A DNA stretch of 64,000 nucleotides from Mobula hypostoma (GCF_963921235.1 NC_086105.1:139872001-139936000), one strand, 5' to 3'; numbered from the stretch's first letter, positions 37,835 to 50,814 are shown. Notes: a model not told the origin generated them from the letters alone. Made by a program: numbers and translations.

Positions 37835-38775
37835 TTACTGTCAAGTTTACTGTCATCTGACTGTACATATATACAGTGCAACCAAATGAAAAAACATTCC
37901 TCTGGACGATAGCACACCCACAAAACATACCACACATAAAACATGCACTTTGTTACCACAAGTTAAAGAATATAATTCAAAGTGCATGTAGCGTGCAGTA
38001 CAAGTTAACGGTAAACAGCTTGCTGCCCTAGCATCGAGATCTCGGTAGTGGCAGGGTATTCATTAGTCTCACAGCCTGAGGGAAGAAGCTGTTACTGCAG
38101 TCTGGCAGTCTAGTCCTGTTGCTCCTGTGCTTCCTTCCTGACAGTTGTTGGTCAAAGAAATTATGGGATGAATGGTAAAGATCCTCAACAATGCTTCAGG
38201 GCCTTTGTATACAATGCTCCCAGTAAATATCACAAGGCTGAAGGAGACCACAGTGATCCTCTCGGCGGTTATAACTATCCTCTGTAGGATCCGGCAGTCT
38301 GATGCCTTGCAGCTGCCTTAGCACATAAAGATGCAGCCAGACAGGACACTCTTGATTGTGCTCCCGTAGGAAGTTGTTTGGGGACAGGAGCCTTGCACCT
38401 CTCAATGTCTTCTTGAATAGTGAGGAGGTGCTGTGGATCCAGATTAAATAGTCTGTAATGTGCACAAGGAACTTTGTGTTCTTCACTCTCGCCACAACAG
38501 AGCTATTGAGATGCAATGGAGAGTGGTCAACCTGTGCCTTCCTGAAGTCCACAATCATCTCTTTTGTCTTCTCCTCATTGAAACTCAGGCTGTTGTTCTC
38601 ACACCATTTGACAAGCCTCTCTACCTCCTCTCTGGATGTTGACTCATCGTGAAGAAGCCAACCACTATTATGTCATTAGCAAACCTGATTCTGCGGTTTC
38701 AAAACAGCAGTGGGCTAAGCTCACTGCCCTTGAGGGGGAGAGGGTGATGGAGTTTGAGATGTTGCTGCCAACTCC
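37835..38775 (-). mobile_element. Old L2/Rex-type LINE fragment
   Basis: MIVDFRKAQVDHSPLHLN..RVKNTKFL in ORF 38196-38558. Confidence 0.7.
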
Positions 38776-38803
38776 GGAGTGTAGGGAGAGGGGGAGGGGG
38801 AGA

Positions 38804-38852
38804 GCGCGCGCGCGCACACACACACACGTACATGTGCACGTGCGCGCATACA
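38804..38852. repeat. Compound (GC)6(AC)6 microsatellite within a 49-bp perfect purine-pyrimidine alternation
   Basis: gcgcgcgcgcgcacacacacacacgtacatgtgcacgtgcgcgcataca. Confidence 0.9.
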
Positions 38853-39019
38853 GTCAGAACTTGGAACAAGTAGGAGGTATTTTTCTTGAATATCATAATA
38901 TCAGTTGAACTCTTGCATGATAGAAATCATCTCATGAGATTGAATATTCTATAATCTATTTAAGTTATACCTAGCAGGGTTAACTGGGTACCATACTGAA
39001 CAAATGATCATAATAGTAC

Positions 39020-39115
39020 CTGGCTTTTTTGAGTTAGCCCGAAGTTCCTCAAAATCAGCAAAGTCATCTTTTACTGCACCATTTAACGCGCTGAAGGGGT
39101 CAAAAGCTGTACTCC
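39020..39115 (-). CDS. EPN2: Epsin-2 coding exon 6 (96 nt; DDFADFEELR AP-2 beta-appendage motif)
   Basis: tttacag|GG AGT...CCA G|gtacta; GSTAFDPFSALNGAVKDDFADFEELRANSKKP. Confidence 0.94.
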
Positions 39116-39546
39116 CTGTAAAGGAAATTGCAATGGAAATAATGAAATTACATCTCAACGAATTATAAGATTTATTACGAATTACAAATCATTGAAGTTA
39201 GTTTTCTAGTCCCACTGCGTACTTTATTCACATTTATACTTTGATTATCACATTACTAAGCTGCATTTAGATGATCAGTATACTCTTCAAATACATGTTA
39301 GAACCATGCAGAACTTAAGCTAATTCCTGTAACATATTTAAGTTTTCATATCATGTTTTAGTTGTCCAAAAAAAAGTAGAAAGCTTAGCTGTCAATTAGT
39401 AAATTACCAAGTAAATCCCAAAAGTTTTCTATAATTTGCAACCATATCCATATTCTCATAGCATGCCTACATATGGGTGTGCATGAAATAGTCAGTATGT
39501 AAAACTGGAAAATTACAATTTTATTTCCAGTTTTCAACAGGCTTAC

Positions 39547-39729
39547 CAGAAATAGAATCAGCTGATGGAGCTGATCCCCAGGGATCAGTTGAAGATGCCA
39601 CAGCAGCAGATGTGCTCTGCGAAGTCCATGGGTCTACACTTTGATGAAGTGTTTGTGGCGCAGATGAAGCAGAAGCAGAAGCAGAAGCAGAAGCACCCCA
39701 AGGATCAATAGTGGCAGTCGGCTTGGAAT
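39547..39729 (-). CDS. EPN2: Epsin-2 coding exon 5 (183 nt; three DPW)
   Basis: ttccag|AT TCC...TCT G|gtaagc; DSKPTATIDPW...VDPW...TDPW. Confidence 0.94.
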
Positions 39730-40309
39730 CTGGAACCAAGTACGACAAAAACATTAGCACCAGCTGAAATAAAGCATTTCCTTTACAGCATAACTGAAGT
39801 CTTTCACCCATTTAACAGAAGCTTATACTGAATTAAGCTACCTTCCTTGCAAGACCCTCCCTGGCTATTGAGAGAATTACCATTTAAGACTTGAGTATCC
39901 ATTTCAATTTCAAGATATGCAGTGTCATGAAATGTGAATTATCAAGTACTATGCTCTAGACTGAATGTATATGCACTACTTACAGAATAAACTCTAATCA
40001 CAAAGGAAGTAGTATTTAGTTACACTTGGGAGATTATTCATGTTTTAACTTATACTCCAATTATTCTATATTTTATGAAAAAATATTCAGAAATTGAATT
40101 TTATGTTGTTAAATGGTAATTTTCTGATATCACAAACTTGTATTTTGCAATGAAAACCAAAGTACTCCTTAATTTGAACTAAGAAAATAATTACAGCAAA
40201 GTTGGAATTTAACATTGTATATTTAAATCATCAAGTGGTTTTCAAAGAACCCATGTAACGTATTATACTTAATATAAGCAAAGGCCATTTTCACTAGAAT
40301 ATTACTTAC

Positions 40310-40463
40310 CAAGTGATTGCCATGGGTCAGAAGCTACTGGGCTACCTGCTCCTCCCCAGGGGTCAGTTTTGTCCATTAGAACCGGTCTCACAGATATTTC
40401 CCAGAGTCCATTTTTCTTCGATGTTGCTGCTGGAGCGGGATCCATGAGGGAAACCATGGATGC
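40310..40463 (-). CDS. EPN2: Epsin-2 coding exon 4 (154 nt; two DPW)
   Basis: aataacag|GCA TCC...CTT G|gtaagt; ASMVSLMDPAPAATSKKNGLWEISVRPVLMDKTDPWGGAGSPVASDPWQSL; phases 0 and 1 fit the neighbouring exons. Confidence 0.88.
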
Positions 40464-40674
40464 CTGTTATTAGCAAAGGTAAGAAAAGTCAACTGAGAAA
40501 AATACAGCAAGGAGACAAAGGCATGCTCTAGGCTGGTCATGCTGATGCGTCATTCCCAGTAGTTTTCAGATGTTTAGAATCACAAATTGGGGATTTAAAA
40601 AAAAATTATGCCATTATGTTATGTTCTTCTACAATTCCATGTTCTATAATTGCACTTTTACTTCTTGGAACAGA

Positions 40675-41894
40675 AACACATTGGGACCAGTATATTTTGG
40701 ACTAATTAAGTGGTTGCCCCAATTAGCTGAAGTTTCATGGAAATAGTTTAAAAAAAAGATAAACTGCCATTTAACTGAGTAACAAATTATGTATTTAAAT
40801 GAAATACGAAACAAATTAGAACACTACCAATACTACTGTAGTACTACTAAAATGTGTATTAGTTCCCAATGGTTATTGACAGAGCAATTCATCCAGCGTA
40901 CACTGCCAGGTTCTTCTGATTGACTGTAAATGAACAAAATCAGTGCAGACACCTACTACAGATAATGGATTGGCATTCATTGCCTTCCTGCATGAAGTAG
41001 TGTCATAATCCAACAATAAATTTGGGGCATCCTGTGTAGTCACTAACTCATATTCAGATGTGTCATCTTCATCACTTTCCTTCTTCATATTTCTTGACTT
41101 GGTGTTTTGATATAATCTTTTCAATAACGGCATTCTCCAAATCTTCATTTTCATTGTAAAATTCCAGGTTATTGTCAAAACATTCAAATTCTTCATAGTT
41201 CCTGACTTGATGAAGTAATGAAATCATTTCATTTTCACACATGGTCATTTCTGGATTCTCTAAGCCTGAATGCTTGAAACCGTAGTGAGCAAAACAGTTC
41301 AGAATTGTCGTTCTGATCATTTCTTGCCAACAATCAGTGACAAACTTATTGACTTTATAAAAGGTTAACCCTTGCACTCACTTCTTTGGCTGTTGAAGAT
41401 GCCAGTAGATTTTCTTCAATTGTTTCGAGAACATGGTTCACCAACTTTACGCGGCACATATAATTGTTTCATATGATTTCCCATATCCACTGGCTGCACC
41501 AAATATGTTGTATAAGCAGGCAGAAATTCCAGCTGGATGTTTCTCAAACATTCCAAATTAAGTCGTGCTGCACAATTGTCAACAAGTAGAAGGATTTTTC
41601 TGGATTTCAACTGTAGACAGGAAATCAAAAAATTCCATCGGCCCAAGTAGATCACATAACACAAGCACATGCAACTGACACTATTTAAAAGCTGTTCGCT
41701 CTAAGCACTGTGTAGTATCTAACAGCCCACATAAGTGTGTATGACTGACACTAGTTAGAAAATGCTTGGCTAGTCTCCTGTCCCAAATAATTGAAGGGAA
41801 TCCCAGCTACTTTCTCGATTAATTTTTGTTAAGAGTTGTCCCAAATAAGCGGCTGCTCCAATTTGTCGATGGCCCAATTAACAAGAATCCACTG
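40675..41894 (-). mobile_element. Tigger/pogo DNA transposon, internally deleted, DDE remnant
   Basis: RKILLLVDNCAA..IQLEFLPAYTTYLVQPVDMG and W..IRTTILNCFAHYGF; right end CCCAATTAACAAGAATCCACTG|TA. Confidence 0.85.
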
Positions 41895-41977
41895 TACCTT
41901 TTATTTACGCTGGGTAAACTGAAATCTGATCAACTTCTTTACATGACAGCCAGGGAAAAAAAGTTACCTTCAATGAG

Positions 41978-42114
41978 CACAAGAGATTCTAAAGATGCTG
42001 GAAATCCAAAGCAACACACAAAATGCTGGAGGAACTCAGCAGGTCTGGCAGCATCCACAGAGGAATAAATTGTTGATGCTACTTACTCCCCTCCACCAAT
42101 GCTGCATGACTTGC
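41978..42114. mobile_element. Penelope-terminus short element, partial fold-back
   Basis: Antisense arm gatgctggaaatccaaagcaacacacaaaatgctggaggaactcagcagg followed by degenerate sense arm tactcccctcca..atgctgcatgacttgc. Confidence 0.65.
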
Positions 42115-42394
42115 CAAATGACTGTCAAATATACTTTCATACTGGGGGGGGGGGGGGCAGCTCTCATAACAAGAGAGCACATAACAAAAAATTAATAAAT
42201 GCAAATTGACACATTTGTGTCCCACTACCCAATGGGAAATAATCAGTTTTTCCAATCTGGCAGCAACATCAGTTTAAAAGAAATCAGACACCTGGACATC
42301 TGGAGTAGATTACTTCTCTCTATTTCTAAGTAATTAGGCTTTGTATCCATCCGTGTTCAAATGAGCAACCATTCTAAATGGAATTATTATTATA

Positions 42395-42903
42395 TACTCA
42401 GTGGCCACCTTATTAGGTACAAGAGTGGAACCCGGTGTGGTCTTCTGCCGCTATAGCCCATGCACTTCAAGGTTCAAAATGTGCATACGGAGATGCTCTG
42501 TTGCACACCACCGTTGTAACACATGGTTATTTGAGTTATTGCCACCTTCCCGTCAGCTTGAACAAGTTTGGCCATTCTCCAATGCCCTCTCTCATTAACA
42601 AAACATTTTTGCCCACAGAACATGTTTTGTTTTTCCACACAATTCTCTGTAAACTCTAGAGACTGGTGTGTGTGAAAATCCCAAGAGATCAGCAGTTTCT
42701 GAGATACTCAACCACTTTGTCTGACACCAATTATCACTCCATGGTCAAAGTCACTTGTATCACATTTCTTCCCTTTCTGCTGTTTGGTCTGGACAACAAC
42801 TGAACCACATGTTTTTATGCTTTTGAGTTGCTGGCACATGATTGACCGATTACATATTTGCATTGAGGTGTGCAGGTGTACCTAATAAAATAGCCACAGA
42901 GTG
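42395..42903. mobile_element. Tc1/mariner MITE-like element
   Basis: TA|TACTCAGTGGCCACCTTATTAGGTAC...GTACCTAATAAAATAGCCACAGAGTG|TA. Confidence 0.85.
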
Positions 42904-43224
42904 TATATGATTTTTGAAATAAGATCATTAGTCAAGTTTTGTTGCAGTGATATCACTGTTGCTAGTACAAACTCCCCAGGATCCTTTCCCAACATAACAA
43001 AGCCACCTTTAAATTTTCCGCCAATTTACAAAAAAACTGTGTCTGCCGACTGTGAATATTGAAATAAACCTATAAATCTAACTAAAATAATTAAATGCAA
43101 AAATTTAAAAATCACATACAGTATAAATACCCATTAAGCCCAACAAATCCTTGTTCCATATGAGACCAATCTTTCAACATTTAATTCATCATCATCTCCT
43201 CCTCCTCCCTTGCCATACTCAAAA

Positions 43225-43630
43225 CCATAAGATAAGGCATCCAACCAGAATTATGCCATTTGGCCCATCAAGTCTGCTCTGTCATTTGATCGTGTCTGAT
43301 TTATTTTCCCTCTCAACCACATTTTTCCATCTTCTCCCTGCGATCTTTGGACCCCTTACTAGTCAAGAGCCTATCAACATCCATTTTAACTACATCCACT
43401 AACTTGACCATCCGTAGCAAAAAATTCCATGACACCAATTTCTGGCTAAAGAGATTCCTCCTCTGTCTCTGTTCTAAAAGGACATCCTTGTATTCTGAGA
43501 CTGTGCCCCTTTGGTCCTAGACTCTCCCACTATTAGAAACATCCTCTCCATGTTCACTCTGTCTAGGGTTTTAATATTCAGTAGGCTTCAAAGAGATACC
43601 CCTCATTCTTCTAAACTCCAGCAAATACAG
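43225..43630 (-). mobile_element. CR1 3' fragment
   Basis: accataagata...ggacatccttgtattctgagactgtgcccctttggtcctagactctcccacta. Confidence 0.75.
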
Positions 43631-43806
43631 GCCCTTCTTCCTTCCCTTTCAATTATGTTAATTTCTTCAATTACATATTATGACATAAAATTCCACTTTT
43701 ACCAACATACGTTCATACATTTTGTTGAACACTCTATTATACTCTGCAGTACCATTACATTTATGGCTTGTGTCTTACACTCAGGTACAGGAAGCATTAC
43801 CCTTAC

Positions 43807-43914
43807 CTTTTTCTTCTTCGGAGCAGTGCTGCCCGCTAATACAGACGAATTTCTGCGACTCTCCTCCAAGGCCATCTGAAGTCGAAGATCATCACCACGG
43901 CGAAGGCGATCCTC
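43807..43914 (-). CDS. EPN2: Epsin-2 coding exon 3 (108 nt; UIM2)
   Basis: tgtcag|GAG GAT...AAG|gtaagg; EDRLRRGDDLRLQMALEESRRNSSVLAGSTAPKKKK. Confidence 0.96.
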
Positions 43915-46900
43915 CTGACAAAGATTACAATGCAAGGTTGTTTATGCAAAGAATTCCTTTTGCAAAAGATACATTTTTATTTTGACAAAGAATTATGAAT
44001 AAAAATAAAACAGCAGTCCAGGGGCTGGGGAAAAGGGGAAGAAAAGAGCTGGTATTAAACCAGAAAATCCTGAGGTATATCTCAGTCCTACTTGAGATGC
44101 AAATAACAATCTGACAAATAGGCTAAATAATCTCCTTGAACTGACCACAAATTCAGTTATTAATTAAAGCACATCTACAGATTAATAAGATCAGCCTACT
44201 GATATGACTACTGAAAGGTTAATTAAAGCACAGCTATTATTTTATATTCAGCCAAAGCCTTTTGTCTGGTTTTAAAATTTAAATTTTAAGTACATCAAAA
44301 ATGTTAAATGATATGTTTGCCAACTTTTATTTGTCATTCAAAGCTGCCTTACTGAAATTCAGGAATGCAGATTACTAGCACGTGGCATCATCAACCTTGA
44401 ACTTGATAATTAATTTTCACTGTCCTGTGTTGGAACTAATTTGTCACTTTGTTCTAACCAAAAATGCAAACAAAATAAATGAAAAGACATGGCTTTTTCC
44501 ACATTAGATCTAATTCTATTATGTCACAAGTGCCAGGTTTTCAATATTTTTTTCTGCTGCAGCCTAATTAGTTTTACTTGAAAGAATCAATTTTGCTATC
44601 ACCGGTGCTCCCTGGAAGTGCCCCGACTTTCTTGTGAAAATAGTATGATGTTCAAAAGCTTAATTTCTACACATTCATATTACAATGTAGCACACTGTTT
44701 TCTTCTAAACACAAAATGCTCATTAAATGGTATCTAAGTATGTATTGCATTTAAAATTTAAGCAATGAGTTTCACATACATTTTAATATTAGACTACAAA
44801 AATAAAATTGTAAATGCTTTGTGTTTAACTATTAGAATGAGGTGCTTTTGATTAACAATAACACAATCCATTGTTATATACAGTGCAGTTGTCCCATCCA
44901 AATTTCTGTGGCAATTATTTTACATTTCAGGTTTTCAATACTTGTTTCTCCCATTGTATCAAATATGAACTCAGTTACTAAATTTCAAAGTATACAACTA
45001 TTGGTTGGAATTCTGATTATTTTTTAAAAGAATAATGGGAGATATCATGATATGGTCAGAAAAACACAATTTTTTGTGAAAGATATAAATAGTACTTAAT
45101 CTGTAGATAGTCGATTAGAGTCTACAAGTTCATTAGACTTCAGACTTTACTGTAGAAAATTTAATAGGGTGGTAAACAATAAGCTTGGGAGAAGAGCCAA
45201 AGGTTTGGGTTAATAGTGTCTAAACTATCTGTGGGAAGACAAATCCGAGGTTGTATACTACATATATACTTTGATAATAAATGTTCTTTGAATCTGTTTT
45301 TTGAAATTGGTGAATAACTTACTACTTGATTATCATTGGTATTGTGTTCACAACAATCCAATCAAAAATTTTGTTGCTATCAGTGACACTGCATAGTTAT
45401 TCAGATTGTTAAAAGCATATACTGTATATTGCAGTCTCTAAAGGTTTCAGGGCTTGATATTCTGGATACAGGAATCATGTTTCCCTCGGCTGAAGAGTGT
45501 AGAACTAGGAGGTCATAGTCCTTGAATAAGAGTAAGCTATTTAATAGAGTGATGAGCAGAACTTTCTTAAGAAGTGTAGAGAATCTTTGGAATTGTCTAC
45601 AGCCGAGGGCTCTGGGGACGGAGTCACAGAGTACTGAGATTGATAGATTTCTGGAGACAAAAAGGAATCAAGGAATACAGAGATGCAGATGTAAAATGGC
45701 TTTTGAGGTAGAAGATCAGCTATGATTTAGATAAGCAGCAGAACAGGCTTAAAGGGCCAATTAGCCTTTTCTTGCTCCTTTTCTTATATTTTCATGTTCT
45801 CGTGAATGCTTTGAAAGCCTGCAACTTGCACAGTAATAAGCAACACATAGATTGCATTCTGGTTAAAGATAAAATACGGGGCAGCTTTAGTGTTTATGAA
45901 AACAGCAAAATATTTAAAATACCAAGAAAACAACCTACATTACTTTCTTTAATACAATAAGGCAAATAACCGTTGCTGATGCTCCATGACTCCAATATGA
46001 TGCAGATATGATATTAACTGGTTTTGCACTCAAAAATGAAGTTATTCATTATGCTTCCCATGCTTTTGGTGACAGATTTCTAGCACCCATCAGTTAACCA
46101 ATAAGGCCTCAATCCCCTTTCTCTGAATTACTGGCTATCCATAAAGAAACATATAAGCATCTTTAACAGCAAGGTATATCTATTAACTTGTCATTCAAGA
46201 AAAAAAGTGAACTCTTTGTCCGACAACCCAAGGTTGTACTTAAGTTGAACAAGTCAGTTTCATCAATGCATGCCTTCCATGTCATTAATGGAACCTGCAG
46301 AACGAACCAATCCTTGAAGCTGGGATTCTTTCCACTGAGCTCCAAAAATCCTGTAAGCCACTGCCAAACTGGATGGCAGCAGGAAACTTACCAAATATAG
46401 GAATGTGGAATAGCTAGGAATTAAAGAGTAAACAGAAGGATCTGAAATAGGAATTAAGAATCAGAAAGAGAGAGAACTGCAAATAAAAAGTGAGAAGGAG
46501 AAAGGTAGGAATTCAATATCATTTTCTGTTTCGTGGACAAGGTTGCCAATGACGGTTCTACATGAATAGGAATACTGGTCTCAGTGCTTCCTTAATTCAT
46601 CAATGTAAAGGAAAGAAATCATAAATTCTCCTGAAAATATGATAGTTCATACGCTTTACATTTGTTTAAATAACTGGAAAGCAATTAAACTTATCACAAA
46701 CTTTTTTTTGTTATAGGCACATAGATGAAAGAATATTGGAGGGTTATGGGCTATGTAGGAGGGGAGGGTTAGATGCATTGTGGAGTAGGTTAAAAGGTCA
46801 GCACAAGAACATGGGCCAAAGGGCCTGTACTGCTCTAAATTGTATTTTAATATTGTTTTAGTAGACTATATTTCTTGATGTCCCCTAGATTTATGGTATT

Positions 46901-47067
46901 TCAAAGACTTATTGCAGGAAAAATACAGCCTATTAAGAAATAATAACCTTCTATGTCATGCAAGACATCAACAAAAAAGTCCCTATCTGACACGGCATCA
47001 CACAACTTGGTTGACAATAAGAGCATAAGCAGAATAAAAGAGTGAGACTAGTTTGTGTGAGATGTAC

Positions 47068-47180
47068 CTGTTCTGCTGCTTCCCTACTCATGGCTAAAGC
47101 CAACTGTAGTTGAAGTTCTTCTTCCCCACTCGTTTGTGGTCTAGCTTGTTCCAACTCTGAAGAAGCTCGTGGAGAGGTTG
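47068..47180 (-). CDS. EPN2: Epsin-2 coding exon 2 (113 nt; UIM1)
   Basis: cttttag|CA ACC...CAG|gtacat; STSPRASSELEQARPQTSGEEELQLQLALAMSREAAEQ. Confidence 0.96.
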
Positions 47181-47969
47181 CTAAAAGGAAACAAATACAT
47201 CAATACTAAAGATAAAAAATGACAACTCAATTGTGTATTACACTACAGCTAGCAGAAACTGCAACGGCCAACGACAGTTACCGTGTCACCAGATAATGGG
47301 ATATTGTACATGTATAAAAAAATTATGATGTACAATACCCTTGGCTTAATGTTATTTAACACATGAATTATAAATATGACAAAATTAAAACTTTATAAAT
47401 GTATTCTGCACTGTTACACATATTGTGCAAGTCTGCTCAAATCGATTATTTTGGGAATAAAAAAGTTATTTGCATTCTCATCCAGTTTTGTCATAATATT
47501 AGGCTAATGGTGGAAATTAGAAGTCAGTAACTTAAATAGCATTTACTCTAAATAATTCAGGATGTCACCAGAAGTACAAGACTGAACTATTGTCTAATAT
47601 TTCAGAGCTAGCTATCCTCCACTGCAAAAGGTTCATCATGTCTGTGGAATATTATATTGAAAACACACATCCTTAGTTGAAAAAAAAAAATCAGGATGTT
47701 AAATCTGGGCAGTTTGTAGCCTTCCAGACCTGAAAGTGAATTCTCCAACTTCAGATAATATATTGTCTGTATCAAAACCAGCCAATTTTGCCATTCATCT
47801 TTTTGGCTCACTTATCTTTTTCAATTACCATAGTCTGGCCTGCTGGGCACATCTGTGTGTTGCTAATTGGAACACATTATATGGACAAAACAGCTTAATC
47901 TGATTCTAAATGCTACATTAAGTAAATTGGCTTCACAAACAGATAAACAGTATGTATTTATCTCATACA

Positions 47970-48230
47970 CCCTTTCTTTCTCCCTAGGCCTCCTGTCCCA
48001 TGATCCTCTCATATCCCTTTTGCCAATCAACTGCCCAGCTCGTGGCTCCATCCCTCCCCCCCTGTCTTCTCCTATCATTTTGGATCTCCCCCTCCCACTT
48101 TCAAATCTCTTACTAGCTCTTCTTTCAGTTAGTCCTGACGAAGGGTCTTGGCCCAAAACGTCCACTGTCCCTCTTCCTAGAGATGCTGCTTGGCCTGCTG
48201 CGTTCCCCCAGCAACTTTTATGTGTGTTGT
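47970..48230 (+). mobile_element. Penelope 3' terminal fragment with hammerhead motif at 48131-48166
   Basis: Pyrimidine-rich 3'UTR, then AGTC-CTGACGA-AGGGTCTTGGCCC-AAAA-CGTC-CACT; GAAA box mutated. Confidence 0.8.
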
Positions 48231-48526
48231 TAGATATTCCCTTTGTCCATCCATCTTCCCCCTCCCAACTTTGAAACTGATTTGTATTCTTTTCCAGTTT
48301 TAAGGGTTTCACACCTGAAACATTAACTGTTTCAATTACCCCGGATGCTGCCTAACCATAATAAATTTAAGCTTAAGCTTGTAGAGAGTACATAGCAGGA
48401 AGTTTAGAAGACAGACATTATAATTGAGCAATACAAGTATTGATAAATAGTTCAGGTAAAAATTAATAGTCCCTGCTATGAATAGGATGAATTTTTAAAA
48501 CTTAAGATAGAAAAATCACAACTTTT

Positions 48527-49310
48527 GAAAACATAGAAAACCTACAGCACAATACAGGCCCTTCGGCCCACAAAGTTGTGCCGAACATGTCCCTATCTTA
48601 GAAATTCCTAGGCTTACCCATAGCCCTCTATTTTACTAAGCTCCATCTACCTTTCCAAAAGTCTCTTAAAAGACCTTATCGTATCCGACTACACCACCAT
48701 TGCCGGCAGCCCATTCCACGTACTCACCACTCTCTGCATAAAAAACTTACCCCTGCCATCTCCTCTGTACCTACTCCCAAGCACCTTAAACCTGTGTCCT
48801 CTTGTGGCAACCATTTCAGCCCTGGGAAAAAGCCCCTGACTATCCACACGATCAATACCTCTCATCACCTTGTACACCCCTATCAGGTCACCTCTCATCC
48901 TCCGTTGCTCCAAGGAGAAAAGACCGAGTTCACTCAACCTGTTTTCGTAAGGCATGCTCCCCAATCAAGGCAACATCCTTGTAAATCTCCTCTGCACCCT
49001 TTCTATGGCTTCCACATCCTTCCTGTAGTGAGATGACCACAACTAAACACAGTACTCCGAGTGGGGTCTGACCAGGGTCCTATATAGCTGCAACATTACC
49101 TCTCGGCTCCTAAACTGAATTCCACGATTGATGAAGGCCAATACACCGCATGCCTTCTTAACCACAGAGTCAACCCGCGCAGCTGCTTTGAGCGTCCTAT
49201 GGACTCGGACCCCAAGATCCCTCTGATCCACCACACTGCCAAGAGTCTTACCATTAATACTATATTCTGCCATCATAGTTGACCTACCAAAATGAACCAC
49301 TTCACACTTA
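48527..49310 (-). mobile_element. CR1 LINE 3' part
   Basis: KCEVVHFGR..QRDLGVRVH..LYRTLVRPH and RMRGDLIGVYK..TRGHRFKV in ORFs 48689-49360. Confidence 0.9.
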
Positions 49311-50531
49311 TATAGTACACAAGAATGTGAGGTAATTGTAGAAAAATAGAAGGGAAGCATTTTTTTTTAAATAAAGAGATACTTGATGTTGATATTTGAT
49401 AAAAATTAGATGTTCTTATACATGAATCACTAAAGGCTGACATGTAGAAGCAGCATATAATTCCAAATAGAATTAGTACAACTTTCATAGAAAGAGGATT
49501 TGAGTGCAAGAGCAGAAAATCAGTGCACAGACAGGTCAGGAGTCTCGCGAAGTTAAACTAGAGTGAAGGCTTATCAAATTGATTCCCAACAATTATGTTT
49601 GTCATACGAGAGGAGATTAAAGCAGGTTGGGCTTTACTCATGTTCAGAAGAATGAAAAGCAAGTTTATTAAAATGTACAAAATTCTTCAGGGCTTCAGAG
49701 GGCTGTAGTGTCTAGAACCAAGGGTCTTGGACTCAACCATTTAGAACTGAGAGGAGAAAAAGTTCTTCATCAAGGAATGCATCTTTGGAATTCACTACTC
49801 GAGGGCTGCAAAGGCTCAGCCATTCAATGTATTCAAGATGGAGATTCATGGATGCCGAGATATTAAGAGAACCAAGGGCAATAGGCTTAATGCCGGAAAG
49901 AAAGGCTTTAGTACAGAATCAACTATGGTCTTATTGAGTGAACAGCTGGCATAGTTTGTTTCCATTTATTATGCTTTTAAGGCTAAACAGGAGTGTGTTG
50001 AAATACTTTAAGTCCAGGGATAAGAAACGTACGATTAAAAGGATTTAGCAACAGATGAGGTCAACCAATGACAAAACTGAGCAACTTTATGGGATAGAAG
50101 TCTGAACCACAACTGATTGCAAGGTCAAATGTGACCATTTTTATGAAGAGCTTGGTTCAGCCTTAGACAGTTACCAGGGAGTGGGAGAAATAGATAGAAA
50201 ATTGGTTTGTCACAGGGACAAGTGTGAGGGTGTTGCATTTTAGGAAGGCACAAACAGTGGAAGTTTTATTCAAACAAGGACTATTGCTGAGAGATCTCTG
50301 CAAAGTAGATAAACCAAAAAAAGTTGGTTTTGTGGTCAGAGCCTGTATTCAAACCAATCATGATACTGAACAAGAGTAAATAAAGGTCACTGTTATCAAC
50401 CCTTCTGCCTCTGGAATCAAGAGTTGACAAAACTTAGTGATCTACAAATGAATAAGGATCCAGATTCCAAATGCTGTTATTGTCCAAACTTCAACAAAAA
50501 ACATTTTTAAAATTATCTATTCAATGATAAC

Positions 50532-50795
50532 TGGCCGGCTGGTGGTGCAACGGCATCAGCGCCGGACTCCGGAGCGAAGGTTCCCGAGTTCGAATCCAAG
50601 TCAGGGTCAGGCCACTCCCCGAGCACGCTTTCCATCCGTGCCGGGTTGAACGTCAAGCTAGCCACTTAGCCTTGTAAAAAGGGTCGAGTCAGGAACACTC
50701 ATATCGTGACCCGGTTAATCCGAAAGGAGACCAATCCTGACACTACACGCCAGACAAGAATGGCTGACTGTCTGGTGCGACTCAATTAAAAAAAA
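50532..50795 (+). mobile_element. Young tRNA-derived SINE, probably RTE-mobilised, with A tail and 9-bp TSD
   Basis: A box TGGTGCAACGG, B box GTTCGAATCC, 3' hairpin CGCCAGACA/TGTCTGGTG, A10 tail; AATGATAAC at 50523-50531 and 50796-50804. Confidence 0.85.
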
Positions 50796-50814
50796 AATGA
50801 TAACCTTATGATAA

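Noticed and set aside
40464-40494. Upstream acceptor tttttctcag for EPN2 exon 4
   Set aside because: It adds 29 nt, shifting the frame to an early stop, and a TTGAC branch-like motif lies downstream of it.
50532-50600. tRNA gene
   Set aside because: A and B boxes are present, but it is followed by a SINE body, A tail and TSD, and no proper acceptor stem was found.
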